IMG/VR virus record: IMGVR_UViG_3300037140_000067 | Coordinates: 1-52,429 of that record | DNA: 52,429 nt | Origin: a virus | Lineage: Duplodnaviria > Caudoviricetes | Direction: 5' to 3' (one strand) | Part shown: positions 27,696-36,536 of the stretch, one piece after another | How positions within the stretch are numbered: position 1 is the first letter of the stretch | Layout of the letters: each line of letters starts with the position of its first letter | Made by a program: the position numbers and the translations under genes | Notes under the pieces: model-generated | What the model was told of the DNA's origin: nothing | The model's database searches: none | What the model saw: the letters and a program-made list of their open reading frames with translations, nothing else

Positions 27696-28006
27696 TTCGC
27701 ATGGGCACGATCAAGGCATGGTTGGCCGCACACTCGATCAGTTCGCAATCAGTTGCCGCCGTATGGGTGATGGCGACCGTCCTCTACAACACTAATCCCG
27801 ACTTCGCAGCCTATTGTGGTCTGATTTACCGTGGTATCCCTCGGGGGCTGCATTCGTTTATTGTCGGGATCGTCATACCAATCGCGATATTCTGGCGCAC
27901 GACGCACAGCACGAAGGTATCGGCTGAAATCGAGGATGGGGCGCCGGGAGTGGTCAAAGCCTCGGCCTCTGCAACGACAACAGATCTACCCGCACCGCCG
28001 AAGTAA
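27692..28006 (+). CDS. Putative holin (two hydrophobic segments)
   Basis: Small membrane protein overlapping the lysozyme stop. Confidence 0.55.
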   Translation: MIRMGTIKAWLAAHSISSQSVAAVWVMATVLYNTNPDFAAYCGLIYRGIPRGLHSFIVGIVIPIAIFWRTTHSTKVSAEIEDGAPGVVKASASATTTDLPAPPK

Positions 28007-28015
28007 AGGAGCCCC

Positions 28016-28561
28016 ATGAATCGACGCCATTTTGCAGTCTCGCTGCTCACCCTTCCTCTCGCCGCTACCTTCCCACTGATTGGCTGCAACACCGATACCG
28101 TCGCCACATTTGTGAGTACGATCGCCAAGTATGCTGCGCAGTTGGCAAGCTACTTCGGCCAGTCGAGCTACGCCGGCCAGATCACGGCTTTGGCAACACA
28201 GATTGCGGCTGACATCCAAGGCTGGCAGGCAGGCTCGCCTGTAACGGATGCAATCACCGCGCTGAACGATCTTGCTGATCTCGTGAACCTGATCCCGGCG
28301 GCTGGTCCCTACGTCGTCCTGATAGACTTGATCCTCGCGGCGATCACTGGCCTGTTGGCACTCCTGCCGAGTTCTGCGGTTCTGACTGTCCAGATGAGCG
28401 TTGCCGAGCACACGGCCAAACTCAAGGCGAAGGGCGTAACCCGCCGCGTGGCTGCCACAGCCTACTTCAAGGACTTCAGCAAGAAGTCCATGACGACCGC
28501 CAACAATGATTTTGTGGCGAACTGGACACGGCTGACGGTTGGCCTGCCGACAACCAAATAG
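28016..28561 (+). CDS. Twin-arginine lipoprotein with internal TM helix (u-spanin candidate)
   Basis: MNRRHF...PLIG|C lipobox; hydrophobic segment YVVLIDLILAAITGLLALL. Confidence 0.6.
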   Translation: MNRRHFAVSLLTLPLAATFPLIGCNTDTVATFVSTIAKYAAQLASYFGQSSYAGQITALATQIAADIQGWQAGSPVTDAITALNDLADLVNLIPAAGPYVVLIDLILAAITGLLALLPSSAVLTVQMSVAEHTAKLKAKGVTRRVAATAYFKDFSKKSMTTANNDFVANWTRLTVGLPTTK

Positions 28562-28570
28562 AGGTGATGC

Positions 28571-29323
28571 ATGAAACTCGGGAAACTTGCACCGCGCCGC
28601 CTGATGTCCACCCCAGCTTTCGGCGACTTTCTGGCTAAGGCAACGTCTTGGCCGGCAGTCGCAGCACGCGGCTGGGAGTACGCCGTCCCGCACGCACAGC
28701 TTGAAATGTTGGGCAACGATCAGTACGGCGACTGTGCCGAAGCTGGAGCCATGCACTTCATTCAGGTGGAGACGGCCAACTCAGGCAACCCGCTGCATGG
28801 CACCTTGCAGCAGACCTTGGACCTCTACACGGCCTTGACGGGGTTCAACCCTAACGATCCCAGCACCGATCAGGGAACGGACCTCCTGAGTGTCTTGCAG
28901 TACTGGAAGAATACGGGCATTACCGTCACCGACGCGGCCGGCAAGGAAGTCGTTCATAAGATTCTGGGCTGGGCATCTCTTGACATTTCCAGCGTTCCAC
29001 AAGTGCGCTACGCCAACGATTTGTTTGGGGGAACCTATCTCGGCATTCAGTGTCCGAAGTCGGCGGAGGATGACACTTCCAATTGGCTGTATCAGGCTGG
29101 CTCATCTATCCTTGGCGGTCACTGTGTGAACGGCACTGGGCAAGGATCGGCGGGAGGGCATATCCAAAGTTGGGGCTTGAATATCCCGTTCAACTGGGAG
29201 TTCATGCTGAACTATTTGGACGAAGGATACGCTGTGGTCTCTCCCGCTTGGGTCAACGCACAGGGCAAGTCACCCTCGGGATTGGACTTGAACGGCCTGC
29301 TCGCCGCGATGAAAGCACTCTAA
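28571..29323 (+). CDS. Papain-like cysteine peptidase (putative)
   Basis: NDQYGDC (catalytic Cys), GGHCV (His) and SWG in papain-like order. Confidence 0.65.
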   Translation: MKLGKLAPRRLMSTPAFGDFLAKATSWPAVAARGWEYAVPHAQLEMLGNDQYGDCAEAGAMHFIQVETANSGNPLHGTLQQTLDLYTALTGFNPNDPSTDQGTDLLSVLQYWKNTGITVTDAAGKEVVHKILGWASLDISSVPQVRYANDLFGGTYLGIQCPKSAEDDTSNWLYQAGSSILGGHCVNGTGQGSAGGHIQSWGLNIPFNWEFMLNYLDEGYAVVSPAWVNAQGKSPSGLDLNGLLAAMKAL

Positions 29324-30642
29324 TGTTCTATAGTTGGCTGACGTGGACCCAGGCGAAGGCCGAACTTGCCGCGCGACTGGCTCCCATTGGCCAGTTTTGG
29401 AGTGATGCCGAACTTGGCCTCTACATCGCCATATCCATGCGGATATGGAACTGCCTGACCGGGTTCTGGGTGGTCGAGTACCCCGTCAACATCACCACCC
29501 CGCTCGCGTCGAACTGGCTCCCCGCCAATGGCACAGGTTCCCCGCGCCAACCAACTCTCTCCGACATCGATGTCTACACGTGGATGGAGTACATGCTGCT
29601 GGAGCCCCCCACTGGCGGTACATGGACGGGAACAAACCAATTCAGCATCGCGGCACTTGCCCAGGCAGTGCAGGGCCGTAGGGATGAGACGCTGCAAATC
29701 GGTGCGAGCAACGTAGTTGAGATCACACTGCCGATTACACCGGGGGCCAGCCGCGTCACACTGCCCGACAACGCACTCGACGTGCTCCGGGCGAGGTACG
29801 TGCCCGCGACTGAGCAGGGAAGCCCTACGACCCTCCAGAGGGGCGATGCGGAGTCGTTCAGGACGTTCACCCCTGGATATCTCCAGACGACTGCCACGCC
29901 GATGCGCTGGGACGTGATTTCCGGGCCTCCACTAGCGCTGACCATCGACACCCTCTCGCCCGTGCCCGCCACGCTCGAAATCCTCATCATGCAGGCCGAG
30001 GCCGTACCTTCCCCGCCTGCGGCGACGCCGTTGGGGATGCCTGACGACTGGGCATGGGTGCCGCTGTTTGGGGCGCTGGCGGACGTGCTGGCGGCTCAGG
30101 AAGAGGCCAAGGACACCCAGCGGTCAGAGTACGCACGGAAGCGGTATCTGGAGGGCATGGCGTGGCTCAAGCAAGCCCCATGGCTCATGGAGGCTCGAGT
30201 GGCAGGGGTGCCCGTCGCTACGCCGTCCGTGATCGCGGCAGACAGGTTCGCTTACGAGTGGCAGTCGAACCCGAACGCCTTCCCGCAGATCGTCGTTGCC
30301 GGGGTGGACTTGTACGCTATCAGCCCCACGCCTGCGGCTGACACATCCGTCATGCTGGTAGTGATTGGCAACGCGCCCATCCCAACGGCAGGCAATCAGG
30401 AGATTCAGGTTCCCCGCGACGTGATGGATGCGATTCTTGACGAGGCGGAGCACCTTGCGGTTTTCAAGTGTGGAACCTACGAGTTGACTGCTAGTATGGG
30501 GTTGCACGAGGCGTTTCTCGGCACTGCGAAGCGATGGAACGCTCGTATCAGAGAATCGGGCATTTTCCCAACGACTCTCCGCAGCCCAGAGCCGCGTTCG
30601 GAAACTCAGCAACCTCGCTTCGCGGAACCCGGAAAGGAATAA
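29323..30642 (+). CDS. Virion connector/tail-associated protein (439 aa)
   Basis: TAATG coupling; FWSDAELGLYI adaptor-like N-terminus. Confidence 0.65.
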   Translation: MFYSWLTWTQAKAELAARLAPIGQFWSDAELGLYIAISMRIWNCLTGFWVVEYPVNITTPLASNWLPANGTGSPRQPTLSDIDVYTWMEYMLLEPPTGGTWTGTNQFSIAALAQAVQGRRDETLQIGASNVVEITLPITPGASRVTLPDNALDVLRARYVPATEQGSPTTLQRGDAESFRTFTPGYLQTTATPMRWDVISGPPLALTIDTLSPVPATLEILIMQAEAVPSPPAATPLGMPDDWAWVPLFGALADVLAAQEEAKDTQRSEYARKRYLEGMAWLKQAPWLMEARVAGVPVATPSVIAADRFAYEWQSNPNAFPQIVVAGVDLYAISPTPAADTSVMLVVIGNAPIPTAGNQEIQVPRDVMDAILDEAEHLAVFKCGTYELTASMGLHEAFLGTAKRWNARIRESGIFPTTLRSPEPRSETQQPRFAEPGKE

Positions 30643-30645
30643 CGC

Positions 30646-31035
30646 ATGGCACAGTACATTTCAGCATTCGTTCCAATCGGCCAACTCGCCATCACTGCGG
30701 CAGGCACGACAACCCTTCTCTCAGCCAACTGCGGAACCTACGGTGGGCAGACAGCGGCTCCCGGCACTACCGCGTGGACTCCCGGCGCGGCGTGGCGCGG
30801 AATGGAGATTCAGGCTGACCCTGCGAACTCGGGCAACCTCTACCTCTTGCCGCGCGGCAAGACGGCCTCAGCCAACCCCGGCTCGATCATCGCCAAGATT
30901 GGGCCTGGGGGATCGCTGCCGTTTCCGGCGGTGGCCATGTCGGGAATTGGGTTCACGCCGGAGAACTTCTGTCTCGACATGGACGGAACGGGAACGCAGT
31001 ACGCATATGGCTACGGCATTTTAGGTCTGGGGTGA
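30646..31035 (+). CDS. Virion protein (129 aa)
   Basis: AAGGA RBS; IQADPANSGNLY jelly-roll-like motif. Confidence 0.7.
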   Translation: MAQYISAFVPIGQLAITAAGTTTLLSANCGTYGGQTAAPGTTAWTPGAAWRGMEIQADPANSGNLYLLPRGKTASANPGSIIAKIGPGGSLPFPAVAMSGIGFTPENFCLDMDGTGTQYAYGYGILGLG

Positions 31036-31038
31036 GTG

Positions 31039-32868
31039 ATGCGGAAAATCCTTCTAGCTCTCGTGTTTCTGGCTTCTGCTGCGTTCGCGCAAAACCCCGG
31101 CGTGGTCATTGTTGGCACGGCTCCCTCGGGAACCTGCGTTCCCGGCTCTGCGGGGCGACTGGTCAACTCCACGGGCGTTTTATGGCTCCCAGTGGTCACA
31201 GGCGGCGTTTGCACTTGGACTGCTTCTCCGACGAGCGGCGGCGGCACCACAACCAACGCTCTGACTGGAGCGGCTTCGGGTGGTGCGGCTCCGGGCACCA
31301 CCTTCAACGGGTCGGCGGCGCGGACGTTCGATTATTCCACGTTTGGCGCGGCGAACTTTCCTACCGGCAATGGCATCCCAACAGTCAACACCGCAGGCAC
31401 CGCATGGGGGCCAACACTGCCGCAAGTCCCGGTAGAGAACTATGGGGCTGTGGGCTACACAACCCAAGCTGCTGCTGTGGCAGGAACGGATTCCACGTCT
31501 GCTGTAAACGCCTGCATAACTGCGCTCACTGCGGGACAATGCACGTTTCAGGCACTCTACTATAAAGTCGCAGGGGCTATCAGCATCACGAAGTCAAATG
31601 TGGGACTCTCGGGCGTCTCGCCGTCTTTTGCTGGAGTGTCAAGTGCTATTGCGGGCGGTGGTACTACTCTCGTCGCTACTGCACAAGTAACTACTATCAG
31701 CGTGGCCGGTTCCGATGCCTCCCATACCGTAGATGCAACCCGATTGGATCACTTTACGATCAAGCGTTCCACGGCTGCCACTGGAACGGCGACGGATATC
31801 AGCCTGAATTTCGCTCTTGAAACTCAAGTTGATTCTGTTCTGGCAGAAGATGCCGTGTATCCGTTTCATATTCATGGAAGCGGCTCCGGGGCTTCGGGAT
31901 ACATTCAACACTCGGGAGCATTGTGGGGGTACGGAAATCCATGTCCCTCTACTGCTAACATGTACGGTTTTTTCTTAGACTCCGAAGATGGAACGGCTAA
32001 TCCCTCAATGCTGATGTTGAATAATTTAGCGGTCAGTGCCTGCGGTGGGACTCCCGTAGCCTATGGAGTCTATTCGCACGGAACTTCAATAAATGACTTA
32101 GTAAATTACACACAGCAAGAGAGCGGACTTGATTTCGGTATTTGGGTGGAATGCGCTGGTTGTAGCCCAACAATGGGGCTACCACCAGCAAGCGACATAC
32201 AGTTTGTTCAACCGTCAATAGATGGCACGATCTCTACTGGTACCGCTATGACGCTCAAGAATGTCGCCGGTGTAACCGTTACCGGCGGATTGTTGAATGG
32301 GGGAGTTTGCAGTCTAGATATTGAAGGAAGTTCCGGAGTGGTAGTTCACGGAGTTCATCTCTTCACCAATTCTGGAACCGTAAAAAGCGCCTGCATCAAC
32401 GGCAGCAAACTAGTCTCTCTGACGGGCAATATGGCAGTTCGTAAGGGCGTTGCTGCCATCTTCAATCTGAGTGGAAGCAGCGCAGTTACTGTACAAGATA
32501 ATAACTTTGAAATAGCCGCTGCTGGCGATCCATGCTGCTTCGCTGTGCAGGTAGTTGGCGGATCAAATAACGTCATCGGGCCGAACGTTTATGACGGCCC
32601 TGGCACGAATCTATACTCGATTGATTCTACAACAAGTCATAACACGGTGCAGGCAAATATGGCCGTGGCTGATGCTTCTACGACTGACACGGTTCTATTG
32701 CAAATTCCCCCAATGGCTATAGGGTCTCTTCCCACCGCTTCTACCTATCCAGCAGGAACTCAGATCGTGGTCACGGACGCGCTCACCTTCACTCCCGGAA
32801 CCTGCACCAACGGCGGCAGCGATACGATGATTGCAATTACAAACCATTCGACGTGGAGTTGTCACTAA
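31039..32868 (+). CDS. Tailspike-like beta-helix (pectate-lyase-like) protein with Sec signal peptide
   Basis: MRKILLALVFLASAAFA|Q; VENYGAVG...DSTSAVNACI motif; fibre-tip-like C-terminus LPTA...VTD...GG...W; 14 Cys. Confidence 0.8.
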   Translation: MRKILLALVFLASAAFAQNPGVVIVGTAPSGTCVPGSAGRLVNSTGVLWLPVVTGGVCTWTASPTSGGGTTTNALTGAASGGAAPGTTFNGSAARTFDYSTFGAANFPTGNGIPTVNTAGTAWGPTLPQVPVENYGAVGYTTQAAAVAGTDSTSAVNACITALTAGQCTFQALYYKVAGAISITKSNVGLSGVSPSFAGVSSAIAGGGTTLVATAQVTTISVAGSDASHTVDATRLDHFTIKRSTAATGTATDISLNFALETQVDSVLAEDAVYPFHIHGSGSGASGYIQHSGALWGYGNPCPSTANMYGFFLDSEDGTANPSMLMLNNLAVSACGGTPVAYGVYSHGTSINDLVNYTQQESGLDFGIWVECAGCSPTMGLPPASDIQFVQPSIDGTISTGTAMTLKNVAGVTVTGGLLNGGVCSLDIEGSSGVVVHGVHLFTNSGTVKSACINGSKLVSLTGNMAVRKGVAAIFNLSGSSAVTVQDNNFEIAAAGDPCCFAVQVVGGSNNVIGPNVYDGPGTNLYSIDSTTSHNTVQANMAVADASTTDTVLLQIPPMAIGSLPTASTYPAGTQIVVTDALTFTPGTCTNGGSDTMIAITNHSTWSCH

Positions 32869-32889
32869 AGTGAGCGGAGGAACGAGCAA

Positions 32890-32934
32890 ATGACGGATAC
32901 AGCCTCACGCTTCACGCTCGACGGGAAGAACTGA
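32890..32934 (+). CDS. 14-aa mini-ORF (possible detached N-terminus of the 33060 gene)
   Basis: GGAGG RBS, then MTDTASRFTLDGKN*. Confidence 0.35.
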   Translation: MTDTASRFTLDGKN

Positions 32935-33063
32935 ATGGCAAAGATCACCGTGACCGCCCGTAGGTGCCTGCGCTGCGGCGCGGTGGCGGCATCTGTGCAA
33001 ACCCTCTGCCCTGACTGCTCGCTGAGCTGGAAGGTGGTTGGCGGGAAAGTGGTAGCAAAGTGA
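32935..33063 (+). CDS. 42-aa Zn-ribbon mini-protein (not in the ORF track)
   Basis: MAKITVTARRCLRCGAVAASVQTLCPDCSLSWKVVGGKVVAK; TGA-ATG and GTGA junctions. Confidence 0.6.
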   Translation: MAKITVTARRCLRCGAVAASVQTLCPDCSLSWKVVGGKVVAK

Positions 33064-36000
33064 TTTTTCGAGCCTTGGACGTAACCAGTCCCGTGAACCG
33101 CCTCAAGGCCGGATTTGCGGCAATCGCGTGCAACGTGAGAGCATACGCGCTGGGTTCCTTCCAACTCCGTAACCTGCTCACCAACCCCATCCTGACCGTC
33201 TCTGGCATCATCTCGACGCTGGCGCGGCTGAACGACTCAACCCCGGCAGGCCCGGTGAGCGGCTACACTATCGTCACCGCGGCGGGCACTAAGCTATACA
33301 ACAACACGACACCCATCGCCACGGTGATGAGTGGGAATCCGCTGTCTATGGTTTCCTTCCGCCCAAACGCGAGCGTGGAGCCGTGGCTCTACATTGGGGA
33401 TGTGGCTCCGAGTCCCGCAGCGCTGGAGGCGGCAAACAACGTCGTGCAGTTGGCGACGAAGTATCTCATCAGTGGGACTCCTGTAACCTTCGCATCCACT
33501 CGGATGAATAAGGTGCGATCAGATGGGCTGATCTACAAGATGGGAGTGAAAGAGCCGCAACTTGCGCCCTCGGTGACGACTGAGAACACGAACGTCGGAT
33601 TCTCCGGCACGCTACTTGCGACGGCAATTCCGTGGACGAACTATCTCAGCGCGAACTCCAGTTTCAACTACGGCGAGTCGAACGGATATCCCAAGCCCAC
33701 CCCTGACGGGACAATCTGGTTTGCAGTGAACGTGGATAACGCTTCTACCGTCACCATCGCGTCGCTGACAGGATCAGCCACAATCAACGGGGGAACGAAG
33801 GTTCCGACCTCGCTGGGGCCGTCTACCGGCGCCTCAACTAATCCCGGCCACTACATTCAGATTGCAGGCTCTGGGGGCACGCCGGCGACCGCCACGGTAG
33901 TCACAGGCGCGTTCATCGACGCGACCGGGCAGGTCATGCCGATTGGGGTGGCTCCGCTCTACATCCCATCCGTGGTGGATGTGGGTGCGTCGATCGGCTC
34001 GCCTATCACGGTTCCCGTGGGGGCGGTGTCGTTCCAGATCGGCATCAACTCAACCGGCAACACGTTCTCTGCGAACTCAGGCAGTTTCGCCATCGCGGGC
34101 ACGGTGACGACGGACGCACTCTCTCCGGTCATGGGGATTGTTGGAAGCCTGACATTGGTTTATTGGACCGACTCGCCTACGGCTGGTCCGACAGCCGCAT
34201 ACGTCTGGTGCAACCCAGGCGACCCAGGCGGAGGAACGCCGCGAACGGTATCGAGCGGTGGGGTCACCGGGACGCTGTTTGGCACCTATTCCGGCAACTC
34301 GTTTATCTTCGATGCCACATTCACATCCGGCGTGCCGGGGCTTCCTGGTATCGGCTCGCCGTCCACTGCGATGGTATGGTCGCAGCTCAACCCAAACGAA
34401 TCGGTCAGCGGAACGATATCCGTCTCGCCCAACGGGACATCGAATTTCAACTTCTGCCTGTACGGGAGCATCTACATCCCAGCGGCCGGAAACTACACCT
34501 TCGTTCTCACCAATCACGACGACTGCATCTGGGGCATCGAAGGCGCAACCCTCATCTCCGCTACCCCCTCGGGCAGCGGCGAAGGCGGCGGCGTGTCGCT
34601 GTCGGACTTTGGGCAGACGCTCACTGTGGCGAAGGGCTACCCCCTGCTCCCACGGCAGACCTACACGAGCGGTTCGGGTGGCAACTACGCTCAGACGACG
34701 GCGGTGGCGAGCTTCGCGGCGGCTGGCGTCTACGGCATCGAACTCGACTACGACTACTGGTTCCATTCAGGCCGCATCCTGCTTCTGATGGGATCTCCTA
34801 CTGCCGGCGGAAGTCCGGCAATCATCCCACCCGGCAAGGCGAACCAGCGCCAGCAAGTCCAGTACCGCTACACCTACCGCTCATCGGCTACCGGGGCCAC
34901 GTCGAACCCCTCGCCCAAGTCCTCCGCCATCACCCTCCCTGTAGCGGCAAACACGGTGACATCGCTCTGGTCGAACGACCCCCAGATTGACCTCGTAGAC
35001 TACTACCGCGTGGACTCAGCACTGACGGCGTTTACCTACGTCGCCACTGGGCCGAACGACAACGGCTTGGGCGGCGGGGTCAACACGCCCATCGTGGACG
35101 CGCTGACCGACACTGAGCTGGGCACGCAACTGCTCAACTACGATAACTTTGAGCCGTTCCCGTCTATCGATCTTCCACAGAAGGGAACATGCACAGTATC
35201 GGGCGGCGTCATTACGTGGGTTTCTGGCGGCGCTATTGGGGGCACAGCGACGGGATTCAACACCCGGTGGCTGTTTGGCACCATCATCGTCATCGGCTCG
35301 CCGACGGGCCTTGCCTACACATTCATCGCCCGGCCCACGTCCACCACATCAGTCACCATCCCCGGCGTGCCTGATGCGGGTACGCCCGTCCAGTACACGA
35401 TTGCCGAGCCCATATTGGCGGCACAGGCGTTGCCGTACCTCTGGGGGCCGTCTGACAACATCCCATTCACTTGCGGATGCGGTGACCCGCTCCGGCCCGG
35501 CACGATGTACTGGTGTCAGGGAAACAACCTCGATGCCGCGCCGGACACGAACCAGCAAGACCTTACCGACCCGTCTGAGACTCTGGTCAATGGCCTCTAT
35601 TCGGGTGGCAGGGGCATCGTGTTCACCATCAAGCGGGCCATCGCCGTGCTGCCCAACTTCTTCAATGCCCAAGCGACGGCTACGGGCACGCTTGGTTCGA
35701 CGTGGAGCGTGCGCGAGACGGGTATCACTCGGGGGCTGTTCATTCCGCGATGCCTCGCCATCTCGGGCGGTGGAAACATCTTCTTCCGGGTGGATGACGG
35801 CTGGCACATCTCCCCGAATGGGCAGGCGTCGAAGTCGATCACCGATGAGAGCCTGTATCCGCTCTTTCCGCATGAGAACTCGACTCCGCAGCCCATCGTC
35901 CGCAACGGCATCACCATCTATCCGCCCGACGACACGCAGCCCCAGAAGCAGAAGGCCAGCTTCATTCTTGGCTACCTGTACTGGGACTACTACGGGACAG

Positions 36001-36536
36001 ACGGCAACCCGCACACGCTGGTTTTCGATGAAGCGGCGATGGGCTGGATTTGGGATCTCAACACCCCGTCAATAACGGCGCGCGCGTCAAACGAAGATGT
36101 GAGCGTGCAGGGCGTGCTATGCGGTTGTGTGGACGGCACGATACGGCAATTGTCGAGCACGTCAAGCGGAACCGAGACAGCCACGGCAACGGTGCTTTCC
36201 GGGGCCATTGGAAGCAAGGGATACCAGCACGCCGGGGCGATGGTGGTGGAGTACCAATCTAAGGCAGCGGTGACGCTCACCGGCATCCCTGCGGACTCTG
36301 GCAATGGCTCCTACGGGTTTACGGCGATCCCTCTCCCATCGACCAGCGGGGCACTCACCAAACTCTTTCTACGGCCATCCCCGAACAAGACGAAGCTGAT
36401 TCAACTGCAATTCTCATCCAGCGATCCGGCGATGATCGTGAACCTCGACGGCTGCGTGATCTACCTTCGGGCGTGGGGCTCCACGGCTGCGTATGAACCC
36501 GTCAAGATGTTCGGGTCGCAAGGCGGTGAAGGATGA
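33060..36536 (+). CDS. Tail nozzle/stabilisation-like protein with inserted PA14-like domain (1158 aa)
   Basis: Large beta-rich protein before the ejection genes; GSIYIPAAGNYTFVLTNHDD motif. Confidence 0.65.
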   Translation: MIFRALDVTSPVNRLKAGFAAIACNVRAYALGSFQLRNLLTNPILTVSGIISTLARLNDSTPAGPVSGYTIVTAAGTKLYNNTTPIATVMSGNPLSMVSFRPNASVEPWLYIGDVAPSPAALEAANNVVQLATKYLISGTPVTFASTRMNKVRSDGLIYKMGVKEPQLAPSVTTENTNVGFSGTLLATAIPWTNYLSANSSFNYGESNGYPKPTPDGTIWFAVNVDNASTVTIASLTGSATINGGTKVPTSLGPSTGASTNPGHYIQIAGSGGTPATATVVTGAFIDATGQVMPIGVAPLYIPSVVDVGASIGSPITVPVGAVSFQIGINSTGNTFSANSGSFAIAGTVTTDALSPVMGIVGSLTLVYWTDSPTAGPTAAYVWCNPGDPGGGTPRTVSSGGVTGTLFGTYSGNSFIFDATFTSGVPGLPGIGSPSTAMVWSQLNPNESVSGTISVSPNGTSNFNFCLYGSIYIPAAGNYTFVLTNHDDCIWGIEGATLISATPSGSGEGGGVSLSDFGQTLTVAKGYPLLPRQTYTSGSGGNYAQTTAVASFAAAGVYGIELDYDYWFHSGRILLLMGSPTAGGSPAIIPPGKANQRQQVQYRYTYRSSATGATSNPSPKSSAITLPVAANTVTSLWSNDPQIDLVDYYRVDSALTAFTYVATGPNDNGLGGGVNTPIVDALTDTELGTQLLNYDNFEPFPSIDLPQKGTCTVSGGVITWVSGGAIGGTATGFNTRWLFGTIIVIGSPTGLAYTFIARPTSTTSVTIPGVPDAGTPVQYTIAEPILAAQALPYLWGPSDNIPFTCGCGDPLRPGTMYWCQGNNLDAAPDTNQQDLTDPSETLVNGLYSGGRGIVFTIKRAIAVLPNFFNAQATATGTLGSTWSVRETGITRGLFIPRCLAISGGGNIFFRVDDGWHISPNGQASKSITDESLYPLFPHENSTPQPIVRNGITIYPPDDTQPQKQKASFILGYLYWDYYGTDGNPHTLVFDEAAMGWIWDLNTPSITARASNEDVSVQGVLCGCVDGTIRQLSSTSSGTETATATVLSGAIGSKGYQHAGAMVVEYQSKAAVTLTGIPADSGNGSYGFTAIPLPSTSGALTKLFLRPSPNKTKLIQLQFSSSDPAMIVNLDGCVIYLRAWGSTAAYEPVKMFGSQGGEG

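Noticed and set aside
29083-29322. N-terminal extension of the 519-aa ORF
   Set aside because: It lies inside the peptidase gene. The ATG at 29323 is coupled to the peptidase stop.
32932-32934. Stop-codon reassignment (in-frame TGA between two mini-ORFs)
   Set aside because: TGA, TAG and TAA all terminate well-supported genes, and the large genes are uninterrupted in code 11.
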